Shown here: positions 27,251 through 41,144 of the stretch, in pieces
Layout: every line of letters begins with the position of its first letter
Position numbering within the stretch: position 1 is the stretch's first letter
Source of the DNA: Octopus bimaculoides
Lineage: Eukaryota
Direction: 5' to 3'
Assembly (NCBI RefSeq): GCF_001194135.2
Contig: NC_068988.1
Coordinates: 3,929,245-3,993,244 of the forward strand
DNA: 64,000 nt
The notes under the pieces: generated by a model
The model's input: the letters and a program-made list of their open reading frames with translations, nothing else
Told to the model about the DNA's origin: nothing
The model's database searches: none
Translations under genes and position numbers: made by a program

Positions 27251-28754
27251 TGTCATATAACTAGCAGCAATTTTGCTCAAATACTACACATTGCAGAGTG
27301 TGGCTGCTATACTTACTCAGGCTGGTAGTGGCATATTTAGAGCAGTTACAAATATGAAAAGTTTAGGACTGATTATTTGGATGGTTTGGGAAATAAAGGG
27401 ACAAGATAGCATTTAAAAGATGTCGGGTAGGGTATTGATGGAGATATGTAACCTTTTGACCAACAAGTTGCACAAACTGTTGCCTCTTTTAAAGAAGAGA
27501 GAGTGGGGGTGGGGTTGAAAGAGATGTCTGAAAGCTTTAGAGGAATTTGTTTTCCCAGTTGCCAAGTAATACATATTAGATTTTACACTTGCACATTAAG
27601 CACTTTTATGTTTTTGTGGGGAAGACATCTTAACAAACAAACCATGGACAAACTATAAAAAAAAGTACAAAGAAAAAGTCCTCTCAGAATGAAAACACAT
27701 GAACCAAATAATTAGCAAATGCTTTCATTTCAATGAAATGGCACTTTGGATCTTCAGCTTTTTCATTTTGAAATCACAACTTCTTTTCACTAAAATCCCA
27801 TTGAAATTGAGTCTTAAATTATATGCCCAAAAAGAACAAAAAAAAGATAGAAATACCACGGCAATGCATGTATGATACGACAAATTTAGTTTGGCATAAA
27901 ACCAAACAGAGCTGAATATATAACTAAATATAAAACCAAATAGAAGTTGTTATATCAATGTTTTAAACTATGTGTGTTGAATAAAAACTTCTCAGTTTTT
28001 CTTTTCAGCAGCATTTTTTTGTTATTCTTTATTCCTTTAATGAATATCAATCAATGACAGTATATATGTTAGAACTTCTTTCCTGATTATTTATTACATT
28101 CAGTTTTCCCTTCTTTTATTTTTTTATAAGTTTTTTCTTATTTATTATTATTGTTTTTAATTTATTTTACAATTTATTGATATCATTATTTCTTTTTTTT
28201 TATTTAATGCCAGTCACAGTTTTATTAAAATCTCTACACATATTAGATAAGGTGGCGTGATGTAGCAAGAATGCATTTAATAGATAGGTGTGTTATTGGC
28301 ATGTTTGGTGCTGACCAGTAATTGGATTTTGGAATCATCAGTGACTGTTCTTGGAGCTGTTTCTTATTGAGGAGAAAAAGAAGGAGGAGAAAAGGGAAGG
28401 GGAGGAGGGGAAGAAGAGAAGGAGGTAAAATAGGAGAGACTATAACAAGGAAAAGCAGAAACGGAAAATTTGACTTGATCAAAGTGATTATTGCAAAGAT
28501 CTCTTCCATATATTTTTTGATCTTCATCTTCCAATATCCAATTTCTTTGTGTCAAGTATGTGTGTGAGTGTATGTGTGTGAGAGAGAGTGTGTTTGTGTG
28601 TATGTTCACATATAAGTGTGTGCATGTGCATTTTAGTGCTGATGTTTCCAAAGCTTTACATGTGTTGTGGGTGTGCATTTTGACTTTCAAATAAATTGCA
28701 TTTTTAAGTGTAATTTTAAACATATTCATATTTGCAGACGTGTGTATAATTATC

Positions 28755-28925
28755 ATCATCATTATTTAGCATCTGTTTTCCATGCTGGCATGGGTTGAAC
28801 AGCTTGACAGGACTGCACCAGGTTCCACTTTCTGTTTCAGCATGGCTTCTACGACTGTATGTCCTTCCAAACACCAACCACTTTACAGAGTGTGTTGGGT
28901 GCTTTGTACGTGGCACCACCACCAC
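28755..28925 (-). mobile_element. RTE LINE 3' UTR fragment
   Basis: CATGCTGGCATGGGTTG motif, reverse complement of the family tail. Confidence 0.7.
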
Positions 28926-29086
28926 CAGCAAGGCCACCAGTAACTTGCAAGACAAAAGATCCGTGGAGAGGCAGGAGTGCTAGAGGAGGTGGCTTTCTGC
29001 CGGGTGATGAGAGATTGGAGCAGAACAGAGTGACAAAAGCAGGTGCCTTGCTGTAGAGGAGATACGTGGTTACCACAGTTGGAAGG

Positions 29087-29120
<34 letters not shown>

Positions 29121-29171
29121 TGTGATCAAGGATGCAACAAAGCAAGAGTGGAAGATAACAAGAGTGAGAGA

Positions 29172-29650
29172 GATGGAGGCACGTTACTTAGTGGTTAGGG
29201 TGTTGGACTCACAAGAGTAAGATTGTGGTTTCGATTCCTGGACTGGGCGATGCATTGTGTTTGCTCCAGTTGGCAAAAATGAGTAATCTTGTGAGATCAC
29301 CAAACACACGGTCGGCTTTGCCCTTCGTCTTTTCAGGGTCAATGAAATAAGTACCAGTTATACACCAGGGTTGATGTAATCAACTAACCCCTTTCCCCCA
29401 AAATTTTCAAGGCCTTGTGCCTAGAGTAGAAATAATTATTATAATCTAAGCAAAAGTCGGGGATTTGTTCAAATCATTGGAGAAAGTTCTTTGTGAGATT
29501 TTTCTGGCTCTTAACACTTTGTGTTCAAATCCTATTGAGGTCAACATTACCTTGCACTTCTCAGGAGTTGATAAAATAAAGAAACAGTCAAGGGTATCAA
29601 CTGGCTTCTGCCCATCAAATCTGCTGGCCTTGTACCGAAATTGCAATATT
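29172..29650 (+). mobile_element. Two adjacent SINEs: family D head fused to family C body, then a second family C copy
   Basis: Head TAGTGGTTAGGG...GGTTTCGATTCC as at 52845; AATAAGTACCAG core at ~29350; second decayed core ~29570. Confidence 0.7.
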
Positions 29651-29719
29651 AATAGACATGACTCAGCAACTCTTCTTTTAAAGAGTTGTTGGAAACCTGT
29701 CCACCTACAGAACTCTGTA

Positions 29720-30320
29720 AGACTAGAAAAAAGAAATGAGGCAGCTTATTTAGGCTTTCTATTTATGCGATATAACTGTTTGTATCTAGACTTAAAGTAA
29801 TATCCAGGAAAAGATTTTTATATTGATACAGATCATATATTGTCAACTAAATTCTCTAATGTTTGCAGTTATGTTTTTACTGAATCAGCAATTAGAGAGC
29901 TGCAATATTATCAAACCATCATCTCTATACAAGCCTAAGTTTAAATATAAAAGCATTTTTGAAGCAAGCTTAATATACATAAATTTTCACAAACCATTAC
30001 TTTATCGTAATTATCCACAGCCATCATGAAAAGCTCAGCACCTTTGCCCTTAACTAAATGAAATTGCTAGGGAAAAGTAGTGACTTTTGAGCATTCATTG
30101 CAACTTTTATACTGGTATCATTAACATCAGATAATGAACTACTAAATGATTCAGCCTATAAATCAAAGGCTTTATGGGCAGAGGGATAAAATTCCACTAT
30201 TTCAAATTAAGTGAATTTGCAATTATGCTTAACCTCTATGTTATTAAACGACATAATTATCAGCCTGTTCTTATTTCAGAAAAGTAAATCATTAACTTGT
30301 ACAAATTTTCAATTAATAAA
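29720..30320 (-). mobile_element. Penelope-like element reverse transcriptase fragment
   Basis: FEIVEFYPS (~30190), AQKSLLF, LGLYRDDGL (29912-29935), FLDITLSL; many stops. Confidence 0.8.
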
Positions 30321-32179
30321 CCTTGAAAATAATTTACTACATATCCTTAATTCCCTCTTTGCAGGATTAATTAGTCCACACATGGAATTAGTTAAAACGT
30401 TATCCTTGTTGTCTTTCCTAGTTATTTAGGACTGACACTTTGATGTTCAACTCCATCTTACATTGGGATGAAGGTGTGTTTAAGTTTGTATCAATACTGT
30501 TGTAACGTCTATAATTTTTTTTATGGTTCTCTTACATTATTTGAAAGAAGTAAATTCTAAAGAATAATGTTAGTTTTAAATAATGTTTTATTTTGTGTAA
30601 CAGGTAGAGAAATAGACGACAGAAAGACAAACAGGTGGACATATGCTTGAATATGATGACAGACAGAAATATAGGTAGTTGGAAAAACATACACACAGAT
30701 CTGTATATGTTTGTATATGTATAGTTATGTGTGCGTGTGGTGTGTATTCACTGAAAGATACACAAAAATTATCTAAGTTATATAATATTACCTTATAATT
30801 ATGTTCCTGTCACAAATACATCAATTTGTTTATGAGCAGATGCCTTTACTGCTGCCAACATTCACTTGTTTCCATGCGAGGCACTGTTTCTGTTGTTCTT
30901 CCAAACAATGAACAGCTTAACAGTTGGACATGTTTACATAAGAGATGTTGACAAAAATATTGTTGATGAAGTGGCATTGTTTATGTAGTGTCCAGGCAGT
31001 CTGGCATTACCAAAACAATGGGAGAAGAAGATGTCAATGCTGGTTGATATATAGGCATCTCTGTATGTATCGTTGACCATCATGCATACATATGCATTCA
31101 TTGGTGAATCATACTGTCTGCAATCATGTGTAAAGTGCTGCACATGTAGTGATGCATAGGTGGGCATGTTTGGGAGAAATGAATGCTATGTTTATTGGCA
31201 AAGAAATTTATATATATACAGCGTGATCTTACAATATTTGAATAAATTAGAAACTAAAAACTATAATGCATATTTGTGCAACCACATACACACTCGTACA
31301 TATACACACATTCATAGAAGCACAAACATAGAAACATACATATACAGAAAAATCTTTTCTTAATATTCTCATAAAAAGCAGGAAATTTAAGCCATTAATA
31401 CGAGACGCAAAACATTTAGCCTAATGGTAATACCCAACTTTAGTGCAATAAATATTTAAATGGCATGATACATTCCAACAATCATTCTTTTACTTCTTCT
31501 TCTATTTTTTATTTATAAATTTCAGATAAATTTGTTTATACAAATATACATGCAGTTTTCATTTCTTAATTTCAATGGAAACAAAAATGATGATAATGGT
31601 AAGGATGGTGGTGATGATGATGACCTGAGTCAAATAATCACAAAGAATTCTCTATATGATGTGTGTGTGTTTGTGTATATGTGCATACACACACACACAT
31701 ATAAACACATTCATATACACACACACAAGTATATACATGTACACGTGTATTTTTATGTTTCAATTTTGAGTAATTCTAATATAATACGAATTGTCCTTCA
31801 CATATATTTGTGTGTGTGTGCATGTAATTTGTGATGTGTATGTATATAGGCCATCACTTCAGACATAAATTTAAAATTGCTTTCAGGGTAAGAAGGAATT
31901 CTTTGAAAAGAAAATAATACTGATTGTGTGATGGTAATGCAGTTCCAAGTCAAAAAAAAAAAAAAAATACAAGAAATACAATTGAATTCATACACTTAAT
32001 GCTGTTGTAGTTGGAAACAGTACCTCAGCAGCCTAAATAAAAATTAATGAAACACTAATATTTATCTGTCTGGACACACATAAGGTAAAACAGAATCCAA
32101 AGAGTATAAATGATGCTAGCCATGCGGATGTGCATTATTTGGGAAAAAAACAACAAAAAGAGTAAAGTGAAATTGTCAC

Positions 32180-32720
32180 GGTGAGTGGAGTATCCAGTGT
32201 TTTGGACAGGATCCTTCTTCAGGGCTAAGATGACAGGGGAGAAATAAAAGGAAAGACTACAGTGTTCTATATTTTTTTATGTTTGTGCAACAGGCTGCAA
32301 CTGATGGGGAACACAGGGCAATGTCAAGTTGCATACACCAGGAGGAATGGCTGGAGAAAGAAAGTGGGTGAAAGAAGGAAAAGGTAAGAGAAATAGAGAG
32401 AGTAACAGAAGTAGGTGAGGGTGAGGTGGAGGGAAAATTTGAGGTGCGTTGGGAGGAGCTAAAAGATAAGAACAGGATTACAAAACTAAGATGGTGGGAG
32501 AAGGAGTAGAAGGAAAATTAATTCATTTAAACTTATTGGTGCCATGGTTCCAAGTTTTAATATGAATAGTTGTTCCTTCCATTTCCTTGAGTGTGTGGAT
32601 CCAAGATGTGTTTGAGATGTCACACACTGATAAACAATAATAGAATGGCCCATAGCAATGAAGTGGGTGCTGACAAGTCAGGCTGGCATACATATTAATG
32701 CACTTTGAATGTGCTCATGA
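32180..32720 (-). mobile_element. Penelope-like element 3' end (GIY-YIG C-terminus, 3' UTR, decayed terminal repeat)
   Basis: EH...VSTHFIAMGHS...RKWKEQLFILKLGTMAPISLN matches the PLE endonuclease end; then a pyrimidine-rich UTR and CTGAAGAAGGATCCTGTCCAAAAC. Confidence 0.65.
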
Positions 32721-33254
32721 AAGCAATTAGAAAGTCATCTTAAATTAATTGAAATTTTCTTTCCTCTCTCTCCAAACTTTTCATGATATGGACACAAGAC
32801 TTCCAGTAGTGTGAAACTGAGTCAAACTTCTATTAAATAAAATATAAATCTCATCATTATCCGCATTTTTGCTGTTATCATCATCATCATCATCATCATT
32901 ATTGCTATCATCATCATCGTCATCATTATCGCCATCAACATCATCATCATCATTTTACTGTCCTCATTTCCATGGTTGTATGAGTTGGACTAGATTCATT
33001 GATGCAGATTTTCTATCGTCAAAAGCTCTTAGTATCACCAAACTATTTCTAAGTAAGCTAATATTTCTTCCATGAGTGGATATGTTGTCATACAAGACTG
33101 ATAATGAATAGCCCCATCACCATCGCCACCACCACTTATATGACAGTGAAACTCATTTACAACTATCATGTGGTGTGAAGACAAGGTGGCACACACTCAT
33201 GCACACACACACATATGCACACTCATGCACACACACACACATGTATGTATTACC

Positions 33255-33580
33255 CATGCCAATGACATGTAAAAAGTACCATTCAAGCATGGTCAATGCC
33301 AGTGCCGCATGACTGGCACCTGTGCTGGTGGCAGGTAAGAAACATCATTTGAGCATGACCTATGCCAGTGCTGCCTGACTGGCTCCCATGAGAGTGTCAT
33401 GTAAAAACACTTTTTACACTCTCAGAGTGTTTGGCATTAGGAAGGGCATCCAGCTGTAGAAACCTTGCCAAATCAGATTGAAGCCTGGTGCAGACTCCCA
33501 GCTTGCCAGTTCTCAGTAAAACTGTCCAACCCATGCCAGCATGGAAAGTGGACGTTAAACAACGATGATGATGATAATGA

Positions 33581-33585
<5 letters not shown>
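33255..33585 (+). mobile_element. RTE LINE 3' UTR fragment with 2-3 ~62-bp internal repeats
   Basis: GCCAGTG...ACTGGC units, family tail and (GAT)n. Confidence 0.8.
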
Positions 33586-33620
<35 letters not shown>

Positions 33621-33931
33621 TAAACGTCTTTCAGCTTCGAATATATCAAATCCTCTCATGTTTTTTCCCAAAGGTGCGCTGAGACTGAACTTAAAACCTT
33701 GTGGTTGGGAAGCAAATTTCTCAAACCAGTCATAAATATAAAAGTATACATGTGTATCTGTGTGTATGCATTAATGCATGCATCTGTGTATGTATGCACG
33801 TATGTATTTATGTAGTATGTATGCATGTATGTATTATATATGTATCGTGAATGTGTGTATGCATCATATATATATGTATGTGCCATGTGTGTATGTATGT
33901 GTGTGTGTATGTATGTGTGTTTCTATGTATG

Positions 33932-33962
<31 letters not shown>

Positions 33963-34554
33963 GAAATATAAACAAAAAATTGAAATGTCTGATGTATTAA
34001 ATATTGTGCTATACATTTGTAAACAAGAAATTTAGGATCAGAATTAACTATGAATCCTCTTGTGGAAATCAATCAACATATATATTGATCACTGGGCAAA
34101 CAGACCCTCATTTACCAATATGTTTCTCACTGAAATTGTTTACAACTGGATAACATTTAATATTGTTTACACACACACAAATATCAATTAATGCTTTCAA
34201 AATTGTCAAGCTGAAACTTAACTCTTGTTTCTGTAAATAGGTGAAAGATAGAGAAAAAGAAGAAGAAAAGATAGTATTCCCTTGTAACTTTCTAAGAAAT
34301 CCCAGTAACCATTCTTTCTACTTCAATATACAAAGCTGTGCGGGTACACCAAGCAATTCCGGTTTTAATTCTCTATCCACTCAATCATTCCACAATGTAA
34401 ATATGAGTTCAACTGACTAGTGAATAGTTATCACTTATTTTAAGAAGCCCTATAAAGCTAGTACTCTTGATGTGGTGGGCATGGTAATTTGAATTAATCA
34501 TGATTATGCCAATGGGAACAAATCACCATAGCAGAACAATACTAAATTCAGTCA

Positions 34555-34950
34555 GAGTTTCCCAACCACAATGTTCTGGGTTTAATCCCACAGCATGGCA
34601 CCTTGGACAAGTGTCTTCCACTGTAGCTTCAGACTCACCAAAGCATTGTGAGTGGATTTCATAGATAGAAACTGAAAGAAGCCTATCGTATGTGTGTTTG
34701 CATGTGTATGTGTGTGCATGCATGCATGAGTTTGAGTGTGTGTCTTAATGCCTGTGTTTGTCCTCTACCATCACTTGACAACCAGTGTCGATGTGTTTAC
34801 ATCTTTGTAACTTAGTGGTTCAGCAAAGAGACTGATAGTATTAGTACCAGATTTCAAAAAACTGAATACTGAGGTCAATTCATTCAACTAAAATTCCTGA
34901 AAGTAGTACTCTAGCATGGCCACATTTTAATGACTGAAAATAGAAAATAA
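34555..34950 (+). mobile_element. Family B SINE
   Basis: Colinear with 11436-11840. Confidence 0.8.
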
Positions 34951-34989
34951 AAGATAGAAGATATATATATATACATATATATATATATA

Positions 34990-35130
34990 TGGTATTAGGA
35001 AAGGCATCCATCTGTAGAAACGAAGTGAAAGCCAGACTGGATCCTGGTGCAACTCTCTGGCTTGCCAATTCCAGTCACACCATCTAACCCATGCCAGCAT
35101 GGAAAGCAGACGTTAAATGATAATGATGAG
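34990..35130 (+). mobile_element. RTE LINE 3' UTR fragment
   Basis: GGTATTAGGAAAGGCATCC...CCCATGCCAGCATGGAAAGCAGACGTTAAATGAT. Confidence 0.7.
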
Positions 35131-38060
35131 GAAGTTGATCATGATATATATAATTACTTTTTCAAAGGAGAAGACGTATTGGAGTTTCAGTTATTTAAAA
35201 CTAGGCATAGGTTATGGGTTGCAAGGGACACGATTCCAATCCTCTGGACGATCCAGTAACACCTTGTAGGTGTTTATATTTCATTTGACCGCTACCTCAA
35301 CAAAATTGTGGTCATTCACATGTCTCACACATCAAATGAGAAAAACAGCAATATACACATATACATAGACTGTATATACATTGCTGCAATAAAACAACAT
35401 AAAGTCTGAGAGAAAATAGCCAAGGATATAATATGCACGGAAAATAAGTTATGGAGTAAGCACTAACCCTTAGTTCAACACCATATATGGGATTCAATCC
35501 ATGAGTGCATGTATGTGTGTATGTATAAATAAATGTATGTATGTATGCATGTATGAATGTGCATATGTGTATATGTATGAATGTGTGTATGTATGCATGT
35601 TTGTTTATATGTATGTATATATGTAAGTGTGCAGTAAATCTACTGGGAGTGAGGGATGCTTAGCTGTGAACACAGCATCCTTCTATGAGAATGACACTGT
35701 GATGTGAAATCTTTAGTTTCACATGATTACTGGTCTTCTCACTTTGATCTGTCACCAGGGATGAATCACTGAAGCTCAGAGAGTGGACCTCATTTTATAC
35801 AAGCATATATTACAATAATCCAATGACGCACAGATGTCTCTTTTTGGTGACCTCTGGCAATGGAAGGGTGGTCACATGTGTGCAGACCTAACCAGTTGGA
35901 AGCACACAGTAAGTCACAACTTTCATCCATCACTTATGCTTCAAACCATGCAAATCCGTAGCAAGAATGAATAGTCATCTGAGAGGTCATGGACAGAAAG
36001 TCTGAGATGCCATTGACAATGAGTTAGAACAGGGAAACAGCGATCATCTGTGAAGATGGAGCAATCACCAGGTATACATAGACTGTCTTTAGTTTAGCTG
36101 TAGATCAATAAGTCCAGGTAGTGGAATAAGTTTGTAATTCTATGAAACAAAACAACAAATCATGGAAAGAATCTACTCCATTATAGACATAGTGTTTACT
36201 TAGCAGAAAAGAAGAATTTAATTACACCAACAAAAACTGATAGAAAGAAGAACAGAATTGTTATAATTAATAGAGCCTAAACAAAGCTGAATAAATACTG
36301 TTTTATTTGTATTCCTTTATGGTGATAAAAAAAAAATATATTAATGTTGATGCATCTAAACTTACAACCTCTCCCAATTTATTAGGAACAGAATGAAAAC
36401 TTTAATAAAAATATATCTAAACTTATAACCTGTTTCAATTTATTAGGAACAGAATGTAAAATGTGTTCAATATTGAAGGCAACAATAAAAATCTATATTT
36501 CCAGTCTTAATTTTGTTTCGTGATAGGAAGGATTATTTCTTTCATAATGTAACTATATATTCTAATGAAGTGGTTTTATAACAATGCTTTACATCAAGAA
36601 CTTGTCAATTATAAGATGTTTAAAGAACATTGCTGGAGAGATGAGGTTTCAAATTATATTGGTACAATTGTCCACAGATAAAATGAAACAGAAAAAATTC
36701 TATAGATATCAACACAATATATTACTGATTGAAGACAACGATTTCAATAGGAAGAACCCTATATACAGACAAATAGGGTCCAGCTACAGAAATGAGGATG
36801 GTGTGGGATGAGGTGGTGAGGACGGTGTCAGATGAGAAGTAGAGAGAATGTAGCATCTTCTGATACAGTTGTTCATTTGTTGAGATTATCATGGTTGCTT
36901 GGTGGCAGACTGCATAAATTATTTAATGGAATTTTGCAGGAATGTACAGCAACAGCAACATGCACGTTACACATGTTTGGTAGTTCATCTTTATTGAACT
37001 TCAAAACCATTTCAATTATAATATTCAGTACAATCAGCTTCAGTTTTGAGAATCTGATAATGTTATATTTGCTTTGAATTATCTTCTGCAAATGTTAATG
37101 AATTGAATTTCATGCAACATGTCCATGAATAATTTTATTTCAATTGTTGGTGTAATTTTATAAGAACTATTTTGAAATACAACAAAGTCCAATGATTTTC
37201 TAGTGCTTCTATCATTTCTTTAATAAAAAGAAAATAGTCTATTCACTTTATTATTTTTCTCAATGAATGCTCTGAAGATGAAGTCCTTATTCTACTGAAA
37301 TCAATCTTTGCCATGAAAAGTTTGTTTTTAATTTCATTTTATCATTTTTTTTAATGTTTTTCTGTAGAAGGATGAAAGAACATAAAAGAGAAGTGTTGAT
37401 CTCCACTTCAAAGTCATTCAGATCATGAAGCAGAAGGCTAAGGGAACAGAGGTACACATTAAAGAAGTTACTAAAAAGGGCAGCAAGTGTATTTGCGAAT
37501 AATTTAGAGAAAAATGTCAAACAAGCAAATGTTTCTAGCTACCTGAAGAATCTGTTGACTAATTCTTTTGACATTCTGTTAAAAAAATTGTTTTCTGGCT
37601 AAACTTTATTTGAAATTATCTTCAAGGATAAATTACACTCTAAAAGACTGTATCAACCAGGTGAAAATAAAGAGAATTATTTTTACACAGAGAAACAATA
37701 CACAACATCACAAATATAGTGAGTGGACAACAAAGATATTCTATCATGTTTATGGTTGGTGAAAATATTAAGAGTTCATATAAAGAAAGAAATATGTAAT
37801 GAAAGACACAGATTTAAAATATATTAAATATTGTACATATTTAAACTTGTTTTAGTGTCAAACGCACTAATGTCTAAATAACAAGATCATAAAGAGTTCT
37901 TTGTTCTTTTTACAGCTGTAAACTTTTCCATTCTTAACCTCAAGTGACCTTACTGTTACCACCACAAAGATAATAATGGTAAAAATTGTTTTGGAATTTG
38001 GCACAAGAATACACCCTTGTAGGGAAAAAAAAATATAGTCAATGCACCAACCATATATAC

Positions 38061-38114
<54 letters not shown>

Positions 38115-39079
38115 ATATATATATATAATCAGTACATACTTTATGGGTCCCAGAGGAATTAACTAAATATTGAAAGACATTTTGTTCAAATAATAATAAT
38201 AGTCACAATGTCTCTCATTATTTTGCTTTTTAAGAAATGGAGCAGTACTCTCAAGCCAAATGCCTATCAACCCCAGAAAGATAAAAGTTGACCCAGATGT
38301 AATTTTACCAAAAAAAACAAAAAAAAAACATGAAAGAATGTAACTAAACGCCACCTATCAGCAAGTAACTATAATAATTATTATTGTTAAGACTGACAAA
38401 CACTTTACTGCAGGAGTTATGGTGTTGATAATTCTCTCATTTGTTAAACTCAAATTTTATTATTATGTGCAACAAAAGAACTGAAGACCAAACTAAATAT
38501 AACAAATGGTGTGTGACTTAGGAGATGAAAATGTTATAAAATAGTTTAGAAATAGATGTTACTCGATCAGATCTAGTTTAGTATTATGTACATCTAAATA
38601 AAATCTTATAATGATCATAGAAATAAACCAGTTGAAACAATGTAAATATATGGAATATTTCAACTCTTAAGACAGGATAAATACTTCGAATCATTGTTAT
38701 ATTATTTTGGCAAGTGTTTTGAAAAATTGTGAAGATTCTTAAAAATGTAAATACCCAAACAGTTGAGATGTGGATCTCACAGAAAAGACTTACCAATTTC
38801 CTATTTCAACTTTGTAAAATAACTTTTTGAAGTAAGAAAGAATTTCAAGATATTTTTTTAACCATATGTATAGGAAAAATTCTTTCTTTCCATAAAACAA
38901 TGGAATTAGAACATTTTTGAAAGAAATTTAGTTCTGAAAAGCTTAGTAAAATATTTTTGGCAGAGTTTCAGATTATGCAACTTTTATTTTGCATAAAAAA
39001 ACAATAGTCTTTAGATATTTATGCCTTAAACATCAGGGATTTAGAATAGAATTTTTTAATTATTCAGTAAAATTTCTTC

Positions 39080-39660
39080 TTTCTAGAAAACTTTTCCCCA
39101 CATTTTTGAGTAGAATACTCCAGTACCTAATAATTAACAATATTGAATAAAACTAAAAATTCTTGAGATCCCCTATCAAGCAGCATGGCTGAAAATCCTG
39201 TCCTGATTATTATTTCTGCTCTAAACACCATTGGTAACATCAACAAAAGGTAATTATTGTTTTTGAACTATTTTTGCATAAAATTTTTCTCAATTTGGAC
39301 TCCATGCTTACAACCACTGATACACACCATGACATTTCCTGGGACACATTTCATAAGCACTGAATTACTGCTTCAGAACCAGAATTATTCAGTGACATAG
39401 AACAAGGTCAGTGGAACTTCACATCACAATGTCAAAGACCATCTGAAATACGAAAGACATTGTCAATTTAGATTTTTCTAGAAATGTGTTGCTTTGTATA
39501 GAAAGTGTCTTTTTCCACTTTCAGCCTCTCCAAATAATAACATCAAGATATCTCTGAGATTGTTGCATTGGTGCATTATGACTACGTACACACAGCTTGT
39601 CATTAGCAATAATGTGTTTCTCTTGTAAAAACTGTACAACAGTGTTCACTGCCAAATTGT
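39080..39660 (-). mobile_element. Decayed Merlin / IS1016-like (ISXO2 domain) transposase
   Basis: IWRG*KWKKTLSIQSNTFLEKSKL, GVQIE and LGTGVFYSKMWG align in order with Merlin motifs WRC..C....SIR..TFFE.SKL, VQIDES and GT.I.SD.W (motifs from memory). Confidence 0.6.
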
Positions 39661-40964
39661 TAAATATTTCCATTCATGGAGGAACCATTTAGAATTGTCA
39701 CAGACAGATTATAAGAAAGTGAAAGAGTACAATACCAAGCCTTTCGCAACTCCTGTTACTTTCATTATAGAAAGTGGAACAGAACTATGCTACACTTTCA
39801 ATATTGAATACACATTCTCCTTATTTGGTTTTGGTATTTTGCTCTGTAAAATATTCTTGTTGAAAGTTGATTACTGATGTTTTCATTATCCAATACAAAT
39901 TACTTTATTTGGCTTAGGAATTTCACTTGCAAATGCTGAAAAAGCAAAATCTGTAGATTCTGAATGTATGTATAAGCAAAAAGTTATAGGACTGAGTTGT
40001 TGTACATGATCCAAACAATCTCCACCATATTTTTCTCATTTTACTTCATTTGGTAGAAACAAGAGAGTGACAATCTCATTTGGTAGAAAACAAGAGAGTA
40101 ACTCATACTGAGTTACACTTGGTGTGTTTAACGATAGAGTTTGTGCACTGAGTTGTATTTTGTGTTCGGTTTCTCCAATGCTAAATAGCTCTGATAGCGT
40201 GAAAAATGTTTTGAGGTATGTATTAGCTAAACAGATAATGTTTATAATATCATTCTGCTTATGTACCTATGTATGTAATGTTATTAAATGGTCAGTTTAA
40301 GATAGAGGCAAAGAAGGCGAGAAGAGTGCTTAGCAGAGGAGAATGTGTTTCCCAGAAGGAAATGCAGTTGTGATGAAAGATAGGAGAAAGGAGCAATGGG
40401 ATCATATTAAGCAATGATTAGTTAAAGGGGGGGGTGAGGACAAAAGAAGACAAGGAAAGAGAGATGAGTGTTTACTGCAAGAAGTGTGGCTGCGGTGAGA
40501 GGTTAAAAAAGAACAGAACACTATTTATATACATACAATCACACACACGATATGCTGAGAGTTGTAGTAGCTGTTAAAGTAATGGTGGTAGGTATATTGG
40601 TTAATGAAGGTGAGGTGGCGATGGTTGTAAGATAGCAAAAATGGAATTCTTTTGTTTTTTATTGAATATTTTTTTCAGTCATCAAACAATTAAAGCTTGT
40701 ACGTTTGTGCTAATAACGATCATGTGCTAAGCTAAACTTTCATATTTGTTTCTGTACATTATTCTGCTGCTGTCGTCTATGTTATGTAAAGCTTCCTCTG
40801 ACTATGGAAAGAAATCAATGACATAAAATTTATATTATTCATACGACTAATGAACAAGGAAACAAAATCAAGCACATAATCTATAAGAGATACACTGTTT
40901 ATATTGTTTATAAGGTAATTGACTGATGAATAAATATTTTAAAACCAAGTATGGTATGTGTGTT

Positions 40965-41005
<41 letters not shown>

Positions 41006-41144
41006 ACATATATATGTACATATATACATAAAACATATATATATATACATATATTTATATATGTATGTATGTAGGGATGAATGGATGGATGGATGGATGG
41101 ATGGATGGATGTCTATGGACAATAAACTTTACTTGTGAAGACCT

